Assembly (NCBI GenBank): GCA_963745025.1
Contig: CAVUWD010000016.1
Span: forward strand, 1-64,000
DNA from: an uncultured delta proteobacterium
Lineage (GTDB): Bacteria > Desulfobacterota > Binatia > JACPRU01
Length of the DNA stretch: 64,000 nt
Direction of reading: 5' to 3'
Part shown: piece after piece, positions 49,582 to 61,988 of the stretch
Layout: each line of letters opens with the position of its first letter
Position numbering within the stretch: position 1 is the first letter of the stretch
The notes under the pieces: generated by a model
Database searches by the model: none
Seen by the model: the letters and a program-made list of their open reading frames with translations, nothing else
Told to the model about the DNA's origin: nothing
Made by a program: the position numbers and the translations under genes

Positions 49582-52500
49582 AGTCGAGCCGAGATGGAGA
49601 TCAGGGCGAGAACTGCCAGAGTCACGGCCGATACGAACGCTCCGAGGCGACGAGGTACGGTCGGCTGCAGCGCGAGAACGATGCGATGCGTGCCCGCGGG
49701 GACCTCGAACGTCATCGTGCCGCGCGTCGGCACCACCGATATCGGTGTGTTCTCTCCGTCGATTGAAACCGTCCACCCGGGATAGAAGAATGTGCGCGTC
49801 TCGACCGGTGTCGCTCGTGGCGCAGTGACCCAGATCTCCTGCCGCTGTGCTCGCATGACGGTCTCCCCGACGGTGACGGGGTGCTCGAGACCTCTGAGCG
49901 CCTCCTCGGTGAACGGCGGCCGGGCTTCGACCGCCTGCGGCTCGTACTCTTCGCGCGTCGTGGTATTGATGCCTTTGCGGGCGATCGAGTCGGGCGAGTA
50001 GAACTCGTCGTCGAATGTGAGGTAGCCCTTGGGCTCGGTGTGGGCTACGTTCAGGGCGACGAACGCAAGCGCCGCGAAGGTCTGCCACCGCGGGGCGAGC
50101 CGCTCGAGCGCAGGGGCGGCGGCGAGCGGCAGGAACAAAGCGGGCAGCATCAGCGCACGCCAGGGGTAGGCAAGATACTGCAGCGTCGCCACCCGCTCCC
50201 ATAGGGGCGACGACCAACTCGTCGCCAGCCATGCGCCGATGGTGGCCAATGCGGCGAATGCGATCGCCTCTGCCCGACGAGGGACGGGAGCCTGTTCGTC
50301 GCTTTCCCGCCTGCCGAGTGCGAGCGCCACCCCGGCGACGCCGAGGAGGATGTGGAGCGGACCGATGGCGAACGAGAGACCGTCATTCGTGCCCGGCACG
50401 GAAAGGCCATAACCCCATCGCGACCACAGGAGTTGCCAGACGGCAACCGTATGCTCGCTCCAGCGTAAGAATCCTTCGCGCAGGAGGTTCGTCTTCACCA
50501 GGTCCTTATCGAGGAGGGCAGGAAGCCAAAAGAAGGCGCTCGAGCCGAGGCCGCCAAGGACGCTCGCGCAAGCGGCGAATGTACCCGCGACACTACGCCT
50601 TCCGATAGCACTCGCGACGCCGGCAAGGGCCAGCGAGGGGACGAGAAGCAGCGCCGCCCCGTTGTGGGCGAGTGGAATCAGTCCGAACGCGATGCTCGCA
50701 GCAGCGATCCGTCCCGCCGACGGACGGTCGACCGCGCGGAGAAGAAAAAGAAGCGCCAGGGGTGCGATCAGAAGCGCGGACGCCTCGGCGAATGCAGCGC
50801 GCACGTAGAGATCGAGCGAGAGATAGGGAGCGAAGAGCCAGGCAGTCGCCACGCCGAGCGCCCCCACCGGGCTCGCGATGGCGCGACGGCCCAGGCAGAA
50901 CATGGCACCGGCACCGACGGCGACGAGCAGCACCAGGCCGAATTGCAGCGCGTCCGTGAGCCGACAGCCGATCGCATAGAAGGGAAGCGCCACGAAGTAG
51001 AGCAGTGGCGGCGCAAACTCGAACAGCGGTTGCCCGTGGCCGCTCGAGAGGTCGGGAGCCCAGATGGGCGGGAAGTGACCCTCGTGAAGTACCCGCGCCA
51101 TCTCGACGAGCCGGGGAGAATACTCCCGCGCGTCGTGACCATCGACGAGCCTCCCGCGAAGGAGGGGACGCGCGGCGACCACGACGAGCAGAGCGGCCGC
51201 TCCGATCATGCGCCAGCTTGGCGTGTCGAGGCGGGCGCCGAGCCGCGAAAAACCCCGGCCGGCGGCCCGATCGAGTGCCTCCACGGCGCGGCGGCGAGTG
51301 AACAGGGCGACGAAGCCGGCCGCTCCGACGAGGAAGAGCAGCGGCTTCAGAGGTCCCGGCTCGTAGCGTAGCTCGACCTCGTGCTCGCCGGCGGGGACGG
51401 GAAATGCCGCGAACCCCGGAGTCACCGCAATGATCTGCACCGGACTGCCGTCGACGGTAGCCGAGAGATCCGGATGCCACGAGAGCTTGGCGAGAACGTG
51501 ACAGGGGCGCTTCGCCGAGACTCGGGCGTGGTAGATCTCGCCTTCCTTCGTCTCGCCGAGAACCCGTCCGCGAGGGGCGAGCGCCTCCGGCCCCGGCATC
51601 GGCAGCCCCTCCCAGCGTCCGATCGTAGGTAGTGGGGCAGCGGGCCCGCCGAGGGCGATCACGGTCCCTGCCTGTGGAAGGCTCGTGCCGAGCCACGTCG
51701 CGCTCGGCTCGTACCAGGTCGAGCGCGGCCCGGTGTAGCGGGCGACCACGTCGACGAGACCGAAGTATCCCTCCGGCGATGCCTCGTAGACGGCGAAGCG
51801 GCCGTGTGTCGCGCGAAGCCTGAGATTCGGCGGCATCGCCTTTCCCGCCGGGGCGACGACTGCCCGCACGGCGAAGACCAGATCGTGCACGGCGCTCCCC
51901 TCGTCGCGCAGCGTCATGACGTCCGAGCCGAGCGACATCGAATGGTAGAGGAAGCTTGCTTGATCGAGGTGGGCGCGGGTGAGAAACGCGTAGACGGAAA
52001 CCGAGCCGACGCGAAAGCCCTTTCCCCAAGTCGCCGCCTTTCCGGCCGCTACGCGCCCCGGCCTCTCGGCGAGAATGGCCCGCACGTCGCCGAGCGCGGC
52101 GTCGAGATCGGGGCGCTCCCGCTCGACGGCGGCGAGATTCTCCTCGCCCCACTCGGCGTTGAGCCTCAGGTAGCGCCCACGATCGACGAGGGCCGGAGCG
52201 ATCGCGGCGATCAGCGACAGCGCACCGAGCGCGCCGAGCGCCGCGTGGCGCGATGCCAACGCCTCGATCACGCGCTCGACACCGAAGGCGGCGAGAAGAA
52301 TCGCCGACAGCTCGAAGGCCGCCTGCAGGCGGTGGAGGTGAAAGTCGGCCGGCACTCCGACGAGTACGAGGAGGTGTCCCCAAGTCGTGCGTCCGAAGTA
52401 GAGAGCGAGCCACACGGCCGCGAGCGCGAGGAGGCGGCGCGAGAGGGAGTCACGAAAAGTCGCGAGCGCGGCGGCTATACCCACGACGGCGAGGAGCGAC

Positions 52501-53399
52501 AGTGCCGCAGAGCGCCCAGAGTCGAAGAAGCGGCCCGAGAGGATCTCCGCGAGGAGAAATCGCGCGCCGAGGGAATCCCACTTGAACCAATCCTCGAAGC
52601 GGCTGTGGTTCACTGCAACCCGGCCGAGAAAGAGCGGGACGACGAACCAGAGAACGAGGAGCCCGGCGGGAACGAGAATGGTCGTGAGCCGTGCGAGCCG
52701 CTCCGCGCGTTTGCCCTCAAGCCCGAACATCGCGAGGACGACCGCGGACACTACGGCCACGTAGCCGAAAACGATGTGCGAGAGGGCCGTCGCGGCGACC
52801 AGGAGCGAAGCCGCCGCCCGCCCGCGGCCGCAATCGACCGCGTGCCGGGTCGCCCCGAGCGCCCAAACTAGGAAGTGCAGCGCCACCAGCTGGGTGAAGA
52901 GCCCCGAGCCCCGCCACACCTCCGCCCCGTAGCCGAGGCCATAGCGGTCGAGATCACCCGAAGCGCTCGGTAAAAGGACGAGAAGCGACGCGAGACCGCA
53001 AGCGACTGGGGAGAGGCCGAAGAGCCGCCCGCCGCCGTAGACACTCGCGGGAAAGAGGACGATGAGTGCGTAGACGAGGGCAGCGAACGCGCGGTCGTGT
53101 GTCACCCAGCGCTCGCTCGCTTCGAGCCAAAGAGCGCCCGCGAGGTGCGGCAGCGGCTGATAGCTCCGCCATACGGGATAGCCGAGGGACCACTCCGAGA
53201 CCCAAGGATCGAGAAAGGGCTCGTTGTGCGTGCAGGCTAGCTTGAGCCTCTCCGAAGCCGCGAGGTGAAAGACGACGTCGTTCAGAGGCGCCCGCTCGAT
53301 TCGAAGCTCCGGCGCAAGAAACACGGCGCCGAAGAGAATCGCCGAGGCGAGAAGGAGCGGCCCGATGAGTTCTCGAGGCAACAAGCTCCGGTGGGGCAC
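49536..53399 (-). CDS. 1287-aa membrane protein with two tandem YfhO/PTPS-related (GT-C-like) modules
   Basis: Module 1: NDVVFH...[13 protein letters not shown] array, SWHP...VDG...[14 protein letters not shown]. Module 2: GHDAREY...[13 protein letters not shown] array, [12 protein letters not shown]...[10 protein letters not shown]. Confidence 0.8.
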   Translation of the reverse strand: MPHRSLLPRELIGPLLLASAILFGAVFLAPELRIERAPLNDVVFHLAASERLKLACTHNEPFLDPWVSEWSLGYPVWRSYQPLPHLAGALWLEASERWVTHDRAFAALVYALIVLFPASVYGGGRLFGLSPVACGLASLLVLLPSASGDLDRYGLGYGAEVWRGSGLFTQLVALHFLVWALGATRHAVDCGRGRAAASLLVAATALSHIVFGYVAVVSAVVLAMFGLEGKRAERLARLTTILVPAGLLVLWFVVPLFLGRVAVNHSRFEDWFKWDSLGARFLLAEILSGRFFDSGRSAALSLLAVVGIAAALATFRDSLSRRLLALAAVWLALYFGRTTWGHLLVLVGVPADFHLHRLQAAFELSAILLAAFGVERVIEALASRHAALGALGALSLIAAIAPALVDRGRYLRLNAEWGEENLAAVERERPDLDAALGDVRAILAERPGRVAAGKAATWGKGFRVGSVSVYAFLTRAHLDQASFLYHSMSLGSDVMTLRDEGSAVHDLVFAVRAVVAPAGKAMPPNLRLRATHGRFAVYEASPEGYFGLVDVVARYTGPRSTWYEPSATWLGTSLPQAGTVIALGGPAAPLPTIGRWEGLPMPGPEALAPRGRVLGETKEGEIYHARVSAKRPCHVLAKLSWHPDLSATVDGSPVQIIAVTPGFAAFPVPAGEHEVELRYEPGPLKPLLFLVGAAGFVALFTRRRAVEALDRAAGRGFSRLGARLDTPSWRMIGAAALLVVVAARPLLRGRLVDGHDAREYSPRLVEMARVLHEGHFPPIWAPDLSSGHGQPLFEFAPPLLYFVALPFYAIGCRLTDALQFGLVLLVAVGAGAMFCLGRRAIASPVGALGVATAWLFAPYLSLDLYVRAAFAEASALLIAPLALLFLLRAVDRPSAGRIAAASIAFGLIPLAHNGAALLLVPSLALAGVASAIGRRSVAGTFAACASVLGGLGSSAFFWLPALLDKDLVKTNLLREGFLRWSEHTVAVWQLLWSRWGYGLSVPGTNDGLSFAIGPLHILLGVAGVALALGRRESDEQAPVPRRAEAIAFAALATIGAWLATSWSSPLWERVATLQYLAYPWRALMLPALFLPLAAAPALERLAPRWQTFAALAFVALNVAHTEPKGYLTFDDEFYSPDSIARKGINTTTREEYEPQAVEARPPFTEEALRGLEHPVTVGETVMRAQRQEIWVTAPRATPVETRTFFYPGWTVSIDGENTPISVVPTRGTMTFEVPAGTHRIVLALQPTVPRRLGAFVSAVTLAVLALISISARLFITSCRENTSRARE

Positions 53400-53834
53400 G
53401 TCGATCCTTTAGCGCTTTTCGTGCGCGAGTTGGATCACGCTCCAGAGTCGGGGGCCTGCGCCCGCTCCATGAACGAACGCTTCGTCCCGGATGGCTGGGA
53501 ACTTCACCGAGCGGTTGCTCGGCTCGACCTGAAGCGCGGGTGCTCCGTTTGCAAAGGCACCCCGACAGGACCCTCATCCGGAGCGACGAAGGCTTCGAAT
53601 TCTCGGGTTGTCACGTCCACGGCGGGCGGGATGGAGATCGCCCCGAACACGGTTGTCCGGGTCTACAATCGAAGGCCGGGAGGAGAGCCTTGCGGCGTCT
53701 CCTCCCGACTTGGGGAGGTTGGTCAGCGTTCCACGCACTGGGCCGGTGCCGAACTCAGCGTGGATCTGCCTCACTCACTCCCGTGTCCCGCTCGGCTGGC
53801 GGGTCACAGCTCTCCGCTGGATTCCAGGCGAGGT

Positions 53835-54242
53835 CTACACGGGACCGGACGCGCCGGACGGGCCGGTCGCCCCAGTCGCTCCGGTTGCTCCGGTCGCCCC
53901 AGTTACTCCAGTCGGTCCAGACGGGCCAGACGGACCAGACGGACCAGACGGACCAGACGGACCAGACGGTCCACTGGGCCCCGTATCTCCGGTCGGGCCG
54001 ACGATGTTCCATACGATCGAGTGCTCGTGCTGGCGGCACTCGCTGGGGTCACTGACGTTACGCATGTTGCCGTTCGTGTCGTTCACGCAGGCGAAGATTA
54101 TGTTGTCGTCGATCGCCGCCGGTGTCGGTGCTGGCTTGGGCTTGGCCCAACTGCTTATCGCGGCGGTCAGCACGACCGCCAAAGCTAAGCCGAGCAGCCC
54201 CATCACCCTTCTCGTCTTCGATTCTCTTCGCTCGTCCTTCAT
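53835..54242 (-). CDS. Secreted collagen-like protein
   Basis: Signal peptide; IFACV..NG.MR.V..C..E..I.WN head domain; 18 Gly-X-Y triplets to the C-terminus; RBS GAGGAGAG. Confidence 0.8.
   Translation of the reverse strand: MKDERRESKTRRVMGLLGLALAVVLTAAISSWAKPKPAPTPAAIDDNIIFACVNDTNGNMRNVSDPSECRQHEHSIVWNIVGPTGDTGPSGPSGPSGPSGPSGPSGPSGPTGVTGATGATGATGATGPSGASGPV
53838..53999 (-). repeat. Gly-X-Y collagen repeat including a 9-bp tandem (GGACCAGAC on + strand)
   Basis: GPT GDT (GPS)7 GPT GVT (GAT)4 GPS GAS GPV. Confidence 0.95.
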
Positions 54243-54573
54243 AGTCGTCTCTCCTCTCGTCGTCTCGTCTTGTTGCGAAGCGCCTTTCGCCCCGCATTCA
54301 CCGTAGCCGAATAGTTCGCTTCGTGCCAGAAATTAAATCCGGTCTGCTCCTGAATGTTGCGGTATTAACGAAGAGCAGGTTTTGTGCCACTAAGCCATTG
54401 AAAAAACAGCTGAAAATTCCGTAGATCGGCGATCAAGATCACGCGCAATCGATCAAGAATGTACCTAAGTGTTACAGATTCAACACTAGTCGCCTTCCAT
54501 CTATCGATAAATACCGACAGGCGATTTAGGAACTGGGCGCGACTAGAAGAGTCTCCAACTCATGCCGCTCCGA

Positions 54574-54648
54574 CGGGAGTACCACGTACGCGTACTCGCT
54601 GCCCTGCACCCTGTGGATCGAGCCCGCGTTCGCGAGAACGACTTCGTC
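54574..54648 (-). pseudogene. Tiny remnant of a RecD2/UvrD-C helicase motif
   Basis: DEVVLANAGSIHRVQGSEYAYVVLP resembles LxLAYAxTIHKSQGSE(F/Y)xxVV. Confidence 0.45.
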
Positions 54649-54878
54649 GCGGTCGGCCGCCTCGAGGGTCGTCGAAGACTCGTGCCAAGCTGTAGCGCGC
54701 GGCAAATCCCCACGGACGAATTCATGCACGACCGGTCTAGCGCACGAAGCATTTTGCTGATAGGCGGTTCGCCCGCCGAAGGGGCCTGGCCGATTCGAGA
54801 CTGAGCGGTCGAAGAACATCGCATCGGGTCCCATGGCAAAACCGGGATGGACGGGATGGACGGCATGGAGAAGATGGC

Positions 54879-56078
54879 GTGATCGTTGGTGTCCCTAAAG
54901 AGAGCTACCCCGGGGAGCGGCGCGTAGCGTTGGTCCCGAAGGCCGTTCCCAACTTGGTCAAGGCCGGGATGCAGGTCGTGCTCGAAACGGGCGCTGGCAT
55001 CGAAGCGGGGTATCCCGACACCCAATACGCCGAGAAGGGTGTGAAGATCCTGCCGGACCGAGCTTCGGTGTTCGCGGCCGCCGACATCATCCTTCAGGTT
55101 CTCTGTTACGGCTCCAACGACGTGGCGGGAAAGGACGACTTGCCACTCTTTCGCCGCGGCCAGGTCTTGATCGGTTTTCTCCGCCCGCTCGGGTCGATCG
55201 AGGTGCTCCAGCAGATCGCCTCGACCGGCGTCACTTCGTTCGCCGTCGAGCTGATGCCGCGCACGACGCGGGCACAGAGCATGGACGCGCTCTCTTCGAT
55301 GGCGACGATCTGCGGCTACAAGGCCGTGTTGATCGCCGCCGACACGCTGCCCCGGATGTTTCCCATGTTCACGACGGCGGCGGGCACCATCACCCCCGCG
55401 CGGGTCCTGGTGATCGGTGCCGGCGTCGCGGGACTCCAGGCGATTGCCACCGCCCGTCGGCTCGGCGCGGTGGCCTCGGCCTACGATTTGCGGCCCGCCG
55501 TCAAAGAGCAGGTGCAGAGCCTCGGCGGGCGGTTCGTCGAATTGCCCATCGAAGCCAAGGATGCGCAAGACGCGGGGGGATACGCGCGCGCCCAAGACGA
55601 GACCTTCTATGCACGCCAGCGGGAGCTCCTCGGCAACGTCATCGCCGAGAGCGACGTCGTCATCACGGCCGCGGTCATTCCCGGGAAGGCGCCGCCGATA
55701 CTGGTCACTACGGAGATGGTGAAGAGGATGGCGCCGGGATCGGTGATCGTCGATCTGGCCGCCGAACGGGGCGGCAATTGCGAGCTCACGCGAAAGGGCG
55801 AAACGGTCGTCGAGCACGGCGTGACGATTATCGGGCGCATCAACATTTCGAGCGGCACCCCCTACCATGCGAGCCAAATGTACGCGCGGAACCTCACCGC
55901 CTTTCTCCTCCACCTGATGAAGGACGGCGAGCTCCGCCTGAACCTACAAGACCAAATCGTTCGAGAGACGTTGTTGACGCACGGAGGAGAAATCGTGAAC
56001 GAGCGTGTCCGGGAGTTCTTCGCGCTGCCTCCGCAGGCGTCTCGCGAACCAGCAAGCAGGGAGGACCGATCGACGTGA
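54879..56078 (+). CDS. pntA: NAD(P) transhydrogenase subunit alpha part 1
   Basis: GVPKE..PGERRVA, RAQSMDALSS, GAGVAGLQAIATARRLGA and DLAAERGGNC motifs. Confidence 0.96.
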   Translation: MIVGVPKESYPGERRVALVPKAVPNLVKAGMQVVLETGAGIEAGYPDTQYAEKGVKILPDRASVFAAADIILQVLCYGSNDVAGKDDLPLFRRGQVLIGFLRPLGSIEVLQQIASTGVTSFAVELMPRTTRAQSMDALSSMATICGYKAVLIAADTLPRMFPMFTTAAGTITPARVLVIGAGVAGLQAIATARRLGAVASAYDLRPAVKEQVQSLGGRFVELPIEAKDAQDAGGYARAQDETFYARQRELLGNVIAESDVVITAAVIPGKAPPILVTTEMVKRMAPGSVIVDLAAERGGNCELTRKGETVVEHGVTIIGRINISSGTPYHASQMYARNLTAFLLHLMKDGELRLNLQDQIVRETLLTHGGEIVNERVREFFALPPQASREPASREDRST

Positions 56079-56365
56079 GCTTGATCGACGCGCTCTACAC
56101 GTTCATGCTGGCCGGCTTCATCGGCTTCGAAGTCATCCGCCGCGTCTCGCCTCTGCTCCACACTCCGCTGATGTCCCTGACGAACGCGCTCGATGCCATC
56201 GCCGTCGTCGGAGCGATCGTGCTCGTCGGCAAGCGCGAGAGCACGTTCTCCACCGTGCTCGGCACTGTCGCGATCATCGCGGCCACCAGCAACGTGGTCG
56301 GCGGGTTCCTGATCACCGATCGCATGCTGCGGATGTTCAAGCAGAGCCGTCCAACCAAGAGGTAA
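56075..56365 (+). CDS. pntA: NAD(P) transhydrogenase subunit alpha part 2
   Basis: LHTPLMSLTNA and NVVGGFLITDRMLRMF; GTGA overlap with part 1. Confidence 0.95.
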   Translation: MSLIDALYTFMLAGFIGFEVIRRVSPLLHTPLMSLTNALDAIAVVGAIVLVGKRESTFSTVLGTVAIIAATSNVVGGFLITDRMLRMFKQSRPTKR

Positions 56366-56367
56366 TC

Positions 56368-57759
<1,392 letters not shown>

Positions 57760-57833
57760 GTCGCGCGGCGAGTTGACGAGCGTAGGCCTCCAGCTCCTCG
57801 GCGCTGCACCGGCCGCGCCGCGGAACACCGCGG

Positions 57834-58634
57834 TCATCGTCCCTTGAAGGCCGCCGTCGAGCGGCCCAGGAAAGCCTGCTGGCCCGCGAGCCAATCCTCC
57901 GAGCGGCACAGATAGCTGAAGGTTTCGGTCTCGAACGCGATCCCGTCTCGCAGCGGCCTGCCGATGCCGTGGAGGACGGCCTGTTTGGCCGCGCGCGTGG
58001 CCAACGGCGCGTTGGCTGCGATCAGCTCGGCGATCTGGGTCGCCTTTCCCATCAAGTCCTTGGCCGGCACCACGTGATTGACGAAGCCGATCCGGTACGC
58101 CTCCTGGGCGTCGTAGATCTTGCCGGTCAGAATGATCTCCAGCGCCCGACCCAGACCCACGATTCGCCACAGCCGTGAGCATCCGCCGTCACCCGGCATC
58201 AGACCCCACCGTATTTCCTGGTGCCCAAAGGTCGCGTGATCGGCGGCGATCCGGATGTCGCAGAACTCCGCGAGCTCATGCCCGCCGGCGATGCAGTATC
58301 CATTTATCGCGGCGATGATCGGCGTGTAGATCTCGTACCCTCCAGAGATTCCGCACCAGCCGGGTCCTTGGAAGGCGCGTTGGCGGTTGTCCTCTTCCGA
58401 TGCGGCACGGATATGAGGAATGAGCTTCTTGAGGTCCGCGCCGCTACAGAACGCGTCGTCGCCGGCCCCGGTGAGGATGACTGCGCGAACATCGCGGTCG
58501 CGCTTCACCTCCTGCCATATCGCGATGAGTTCGTCTGAAGTCTCGACGTCGATGCAGTTGTGCACCTCGGGACGGTTGAGAGTCACGTATGCCAGGGCAC
58601 CACGCTTTTCGTACAACACATTTTGTTTGGCCAT
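57834..58634 (-). CDS. Enoyl-CoA hydratase/isomerase family protein
   Basis: LNRPEVHN, FCSGADLK, NGYCIAGGHELA and QEIRWGLMPGDGG motifs. Confidence 0.93.
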   Translation of the reverse strand: MAKQNVLYEKRGALAYVTLNRPEVHNCIDVETSDELIAIWQEVKRDRDVRAVILTGAGDDAFCSGADLKKLIPHIRAASEEDNRQRAFQGPGWCGISGGYEIYTPIIAAINGYCIAGGHELAEFCDIRIAADHATFGHQEIRWGLMPGDGGCSRLWRIVGLGRALEIILTGKIYDAQEAYRIGFVNHVVPAKDLMGKATQIAELIAANAPLATRAAKQAVLHGIGRPLRDGIAFETETFSYLCRSEDWLAGQQAFLGRSTAAFKGR

Positions 58635-58799
58635 TTCGCCGTCTCCTCTGGGCCGAGAACGACTTGGGTACAGGGAAGGTGGCGGTGCGCTCGGCGGGCG
58701 TGCGGAGCCACGAAGACGCCGACTCGAGATCCGGCCGCTCACGGCGACGCGACGCCCAGCACGCGGTTTCTCCCTCCATCGGCCACCGTCGCTTCGCGA

Positions 58800-59264
58800 C
58801 TACCGGACCGCGTAGACGTCGTAGCGGACCTCGGAACGCTCCAGGAATGCCTCGCCGATGCCGACGCAATGGAGCCGGTTCAGCCACTGATGATCGGGGT
58901 AGGAGGTATGGAAGCGCGGGGAAGTACGGATCGGCGTCCCGCTCGGCGGCAGCTTCCCTTCGAGGAACCTTTGATAGCCGTCCTCGCCGAAGTCGAGGAT
59001 GCCGCCATAGGTCACGTAGATGAGGGCCCCGTCGTCGGCCTCGAGGGTGGCCCGCACGTCGATGATTCCGACCCCATCGCGTCGAATCGTGAGCCAATCC
59101 GCTCCGACCGGCCGGACCCTTCCGCGGAGCTTCGGGCCGGTCACCTCGCCTCCGCTGATGTAGCCGTTGACCCGCAAGCCTTCGGCGAGGGGGCCGATCA
59201 CCTCGAAGGGGGTGTGAAGCGTCCCCCGGTAGGAGAAGATGTGCTCCATCCGATAGTCGATCAT
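58800..59264 (-). CDS. DUF3237 (UPF0311) family protein
   Basis: [40 protein letters not shown] and PRFHT..WLN motifs; RBS AAGGAG. Confidence 0.88.
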   Translation of the reverse strand: MIDYRMEHIFSYRGTLHTPFEVIGPLAEGLRVNGYISGGEVTGPKLRGRVRPVGADWLTIRRDGVGIIDVRATLEADDGALIYVTYGGILDFGEDGYQRFLEGKLPPSGTPIRTSPRFHTSYPDHQWLNRLHCVGIGEAFLERSEVRYDVYAVR

Positions 59265-59364
59265 GAAAGACTCCTTTTCTCCGCTCGCCATCCTCTTCCG
59301 GGAATAAGCGGCCGTCGGGACGGACGGCGTCCTGGATTGGGCTTCCAGCGGGCGCCCACGACCG

Positions 59365-60717
59365 CTACTTCCCACGCACCTCGAGGAAGCGCGTCTTGTG
59401 CGCGCTCCGCTCGAGCTGCCCGGGCTCGAGCCAGGAGATGTCGGGCGTGATCCGGAGTCTCTCGTGCATCGTGTGAACGATCTCGGCCGCGAGCTCGTCG
59501 AGCGCCGACGGCGGGGTCTCCGCTCCGCGCTCGACGCGGAGCTTGAGCGGAGGCACGACCCGCGGCGGCGGCTCGTCGAGCGAGATCCGGAACTCGCCGG
59601 TGACCCGCGGGATGAACCCCGAGATCACCCCGTCGATGGCCGCCGGATAGACCATCACACCCTTCACCTTCAGCATGTCGTCCGCACGGCCGACGATGCG
59701 GTAGCGGAGCCCGGTCGCGCCGCAGGGGCACGGCGACACCTCGACGCGCTGGATGTCGCCCAGCGACGTGCGGACGAACCCGAGGCCGCCGCCGAGGAAC
59801 GAAGTGAAGAGCGCCTCCCCCTCGGCGCCATCCGCGAGCGGCACCGGCTCGCGCGTCACGGGATCGACGAGCTCGTAGAGCTGGAGGTCCTCGGCGATGA
59901 AGTGCATGCCCTGATACTCGGGGTGGTCGCAGGAGATGCCCAGACCCGCGCCGAGGTCGTAGAGCTTCCCGCCGTACGCCGACTCGATCCGCCGCCGCAC
60001 CTCCGGAATGCCGGCTCCCGGCTCGCCGCCGCACAGCAGGATCTTGATGCCGAGCGAGGCGATCGGCACCCCGAGAATCTCCGGCGCGCGCTCGATCAGG
60101 TGCTCGGCGAGCGACGGCGTCGACGAGAGCACGTTGCCGCGGAAGAAGCGCGCCGTCTTCAGGATTCGCGCCGCCCCGGCCTCGGCGCCGACCGGAATCT
60201 GCATCACGCCGCCGTCGCGCGCGCACTGGAGCCCCGGCACCCCGCCGATGAACATCGAGAGCGCCATGCCGTGGATCATGCGATCGCCGGGGCGGACTCC
60301 CGCGCGCCAGCGGGCGCGCAGCAGGTATTCTCCCCAATAGTCGTCGAGGTCGGTCCGCGTGAGCGGGTAGGGCTGCGGCTCGCCGGTCGTGCCCGAGGTC
60401 GCCGCCATCGTGACGAGGTCGCCGATCGGCACGGGAAGCGTCTCGTCGAGATAGCGATAGACGTCGCCGCCGCACTCTTCCATGAGGCTGCGGTAGTCGA
60501 CCTTCGTGAACGGCGGGAGCGCGCGTCCCCAGTCCTCGAGCGTCCGGATGTCCTCTGGGCCCGCCACGCCGTTCTCCTGCATCCGGTGGCGGAAATAGGG
60601 GGCGTGCTCGAAAATCTCCGCGACCCGCGAGCGAAGCCTCCGAAGCTGCAACGCCCGCATCTTCTCGGTGCCGAGGAGCGATTCCATCTTCGGGTTCCAG
60701 TACCGACGCTCCGACAT
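59365..60717 (-). CDS. Phenylacetate-CoA ligase family protein (PaaK-like)
   Basis: [23 protein letters not shown] and [16 protein letters not shown] motifs. Confidence 0.88.
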   Translation of the reverse strand: MSERRYWNPKMESLLGTEKMRALQLRRLRSRVAEIFEHAPYFRHRMQENGVAGPEDIRTLEDWGRALPPFTKVDYRSLMEECGGDVYRYLDETLPVPIGDLVTMAATSGTTGEPQPYPLTRTDLDDYWGEYLLRARWRAGVRPGDRMIHGMALSMFIGGVPGLQCARDGGVMQIPVGAEAGAARILKTARFFRGNVLSSTPSLAEHLIERAPEILGVPIASLGIKILLCGGEPGAGIPEVRRRIESAYGGKLYDLGAGLGISCDHPEYQGMHFIAEDLQLYELVDPVTREPVPLADGAEGEALFTSFLGGGLGFVRTSLGDIQRVEVSPCPCGATGLRYRIVGRADDMLKVKGVMVYPAAIDGVISGFIPRVTGEFRISLDEPPPRVVPPLKLRVERGAETPPSALDELAAEIVHTMHERLRITPDISWLEPGQLERSAHKTRFLEVRGK

Positions 60718-60750
60718 GGTCGTCCCCTCCGTCGCCCCGAGGCGGCTGAC

Positions 60751-61986
60751 TCAGAGCCGAGTGGCTCCGACGAGGCTGAGGACGTCGTTGCAGCCGTCCT
60801 CGATCATCGACGCGCGCGCGTCGCGGAGCAGCTTCTCGATCGGGTACTCGCGGCTGAGCCCGTTTCCCCCGAAGATCTGGAGAGCGCTGCTCGCGATCTC
60901 GAACGCCGCCGTGGTGCAGAAGACCTTCGCGGCGATCGAGTAGTGGAGGAGCGGCGGGTTCACCGCGTTGTATGCCATCACCCGGCGGGAGAGCGATCGC
61001 GCGGCCTCGAACTGCGAGAACATCCGGAAGAGCCGGGCCTTCACGCTCTGATGCCGGATGATCGGGACGCCGCCCTGGATCCGCTCCTTCGCGTAGTGAA
61101 CGGCGTGCTCGAGCGCGGCGCGGGCCACGCCGGTGAAGACTGCCGACATCGCGCCGTTCGCCATCGTCAGCACCGATTCCGACGCCGCCACATAGGCTTC
61201 CGGATTGACGGCGACGTACTCGGCGGGGATCCGGACGTCGTCGAAGAAGATCTCGCTCTGGTTCAGCGTCCGCTGGCCGATCTTGTCGAGCGGCTTGCCG
61301 CGGCTGACGCCGGCAAGATCCAGCGGAACGATCGCGACCACGAAGCGGCGGAAATCGTCGCCGGGAGCGACGGCGCAGTAAAGCGCGGCCACGTCCGCGA
61401 CGCTGCCGTTCGAAACCCAGGCCGACTTCTGACCGGAGATCACGTACTCGTCGCCGTCCCGGCGCGCGACGCAGTTTGCGCGCCCCTTGGCCGGCGGCGC
61501 CGAGGAGTCGAGGGCGATGATCAGGTCGCTGCCGTGGTCGGGCTCCGTACCCGCCCAGCAGCCGATCTCCCGCTGCGTGTAGCGGCCGCGACGCCCGTTC
61601 GTCCCGGCGAAGCGCTCGATCAACGCGGCGTTGCCGGAAAGGCCAGCGAACATCCGCGGGAAGTCCGCGACCATGAGACCGAGGCCGAGCCCGGCGTCGC
61701 CCCAGCCGAACTCCTCCAGGATCAGCGAGCGGAGCCGTGCCACCCGTAGCGCCTCGTCGCCGGAGAGCCCCACCCCCTCGAGGAACTCGAGGCCGAGGGT
61801 CCGGTACCTCTCGTGCACCTGCCAGAGCGCCGAGCCGGGAGCGATGACGCCCTCCGGATCCGGCAGCCGGTCGAGCTCCGCGCCGATCGGCCGCAGCACC
61901 TCGTCGGCGAAGCGGTGCGCCGTGTCGCGGACGGCGCGCTCCTCGTCCGTGAAACCGACTTCGAGGTCAACGATTCCGTTTTCCAT
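60751..61986 (-). CDS. Acyl-CoA dehydrogenase
   Basis: TEPDHGSD, GQKSAWVSNG, GKPLDKIGQR and FGGNGLSREYPIEKLLRDARASMIEDG motifs. Confidence 0.93.
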   Translation of the reverse strand: MENGIVDLEVGFTDEERAVRDTAHRFADEVLRPIGAELDRLPDPEGVIAPGSALWQVHERYRTLGLEFLEGVGLSGDEALRVARLRSLILEEFGWGDAGLGLGLMVADFPRMFAGLSGNAALIERFAGTNGRRGRYTQREIGCWAGTEPDHGSDLIIALDSSAPPAKGRANCVARRDGDEYVISGQKSAWVSNGSVADVAALYCAVAPGDDFRRFVVAIVPLDLAGVSRGKPLDKIGQRTLNQSEIFFDDVRIPAEYVAVNPEAYVAASESVLTMANGAMSAVFTGVARAALEHAVHYAKERIQGGVPIIRHQSVKARLFRMFSQFEAARSLSRRVMAYNAVNPPLLHYSIAAKVFCTTAAFEIASSALQIFGGNGLSREYPIEKLLRDARASMIEDGCNDVLSLVGATRL

Positions 61987-61988
61987 GG

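Noticed and set aside
53910-53976. CRISPR-like or VNTR array
   Set aside because: 9-bp tandem without spacers that encodes GPS triplets. No CRISPR array or cas gene was seen anywhere in the window.
53608-54306. Plus-strand ORF with GPDGPD repeats
   Set aside because: Antisense shadow; the minus-strand ORF has the RBS, signal peptide and head domain.
59398-61749. 783-aa plus-strand ORF and similar long ORFs (31304-33322, 50593-52413, 43003-45138, 1966-3189)
   Set aside because: Arg/Ala/Pro-rich shadow or off-frame ORFs overlapping well-supported genes in high-GC DNA.
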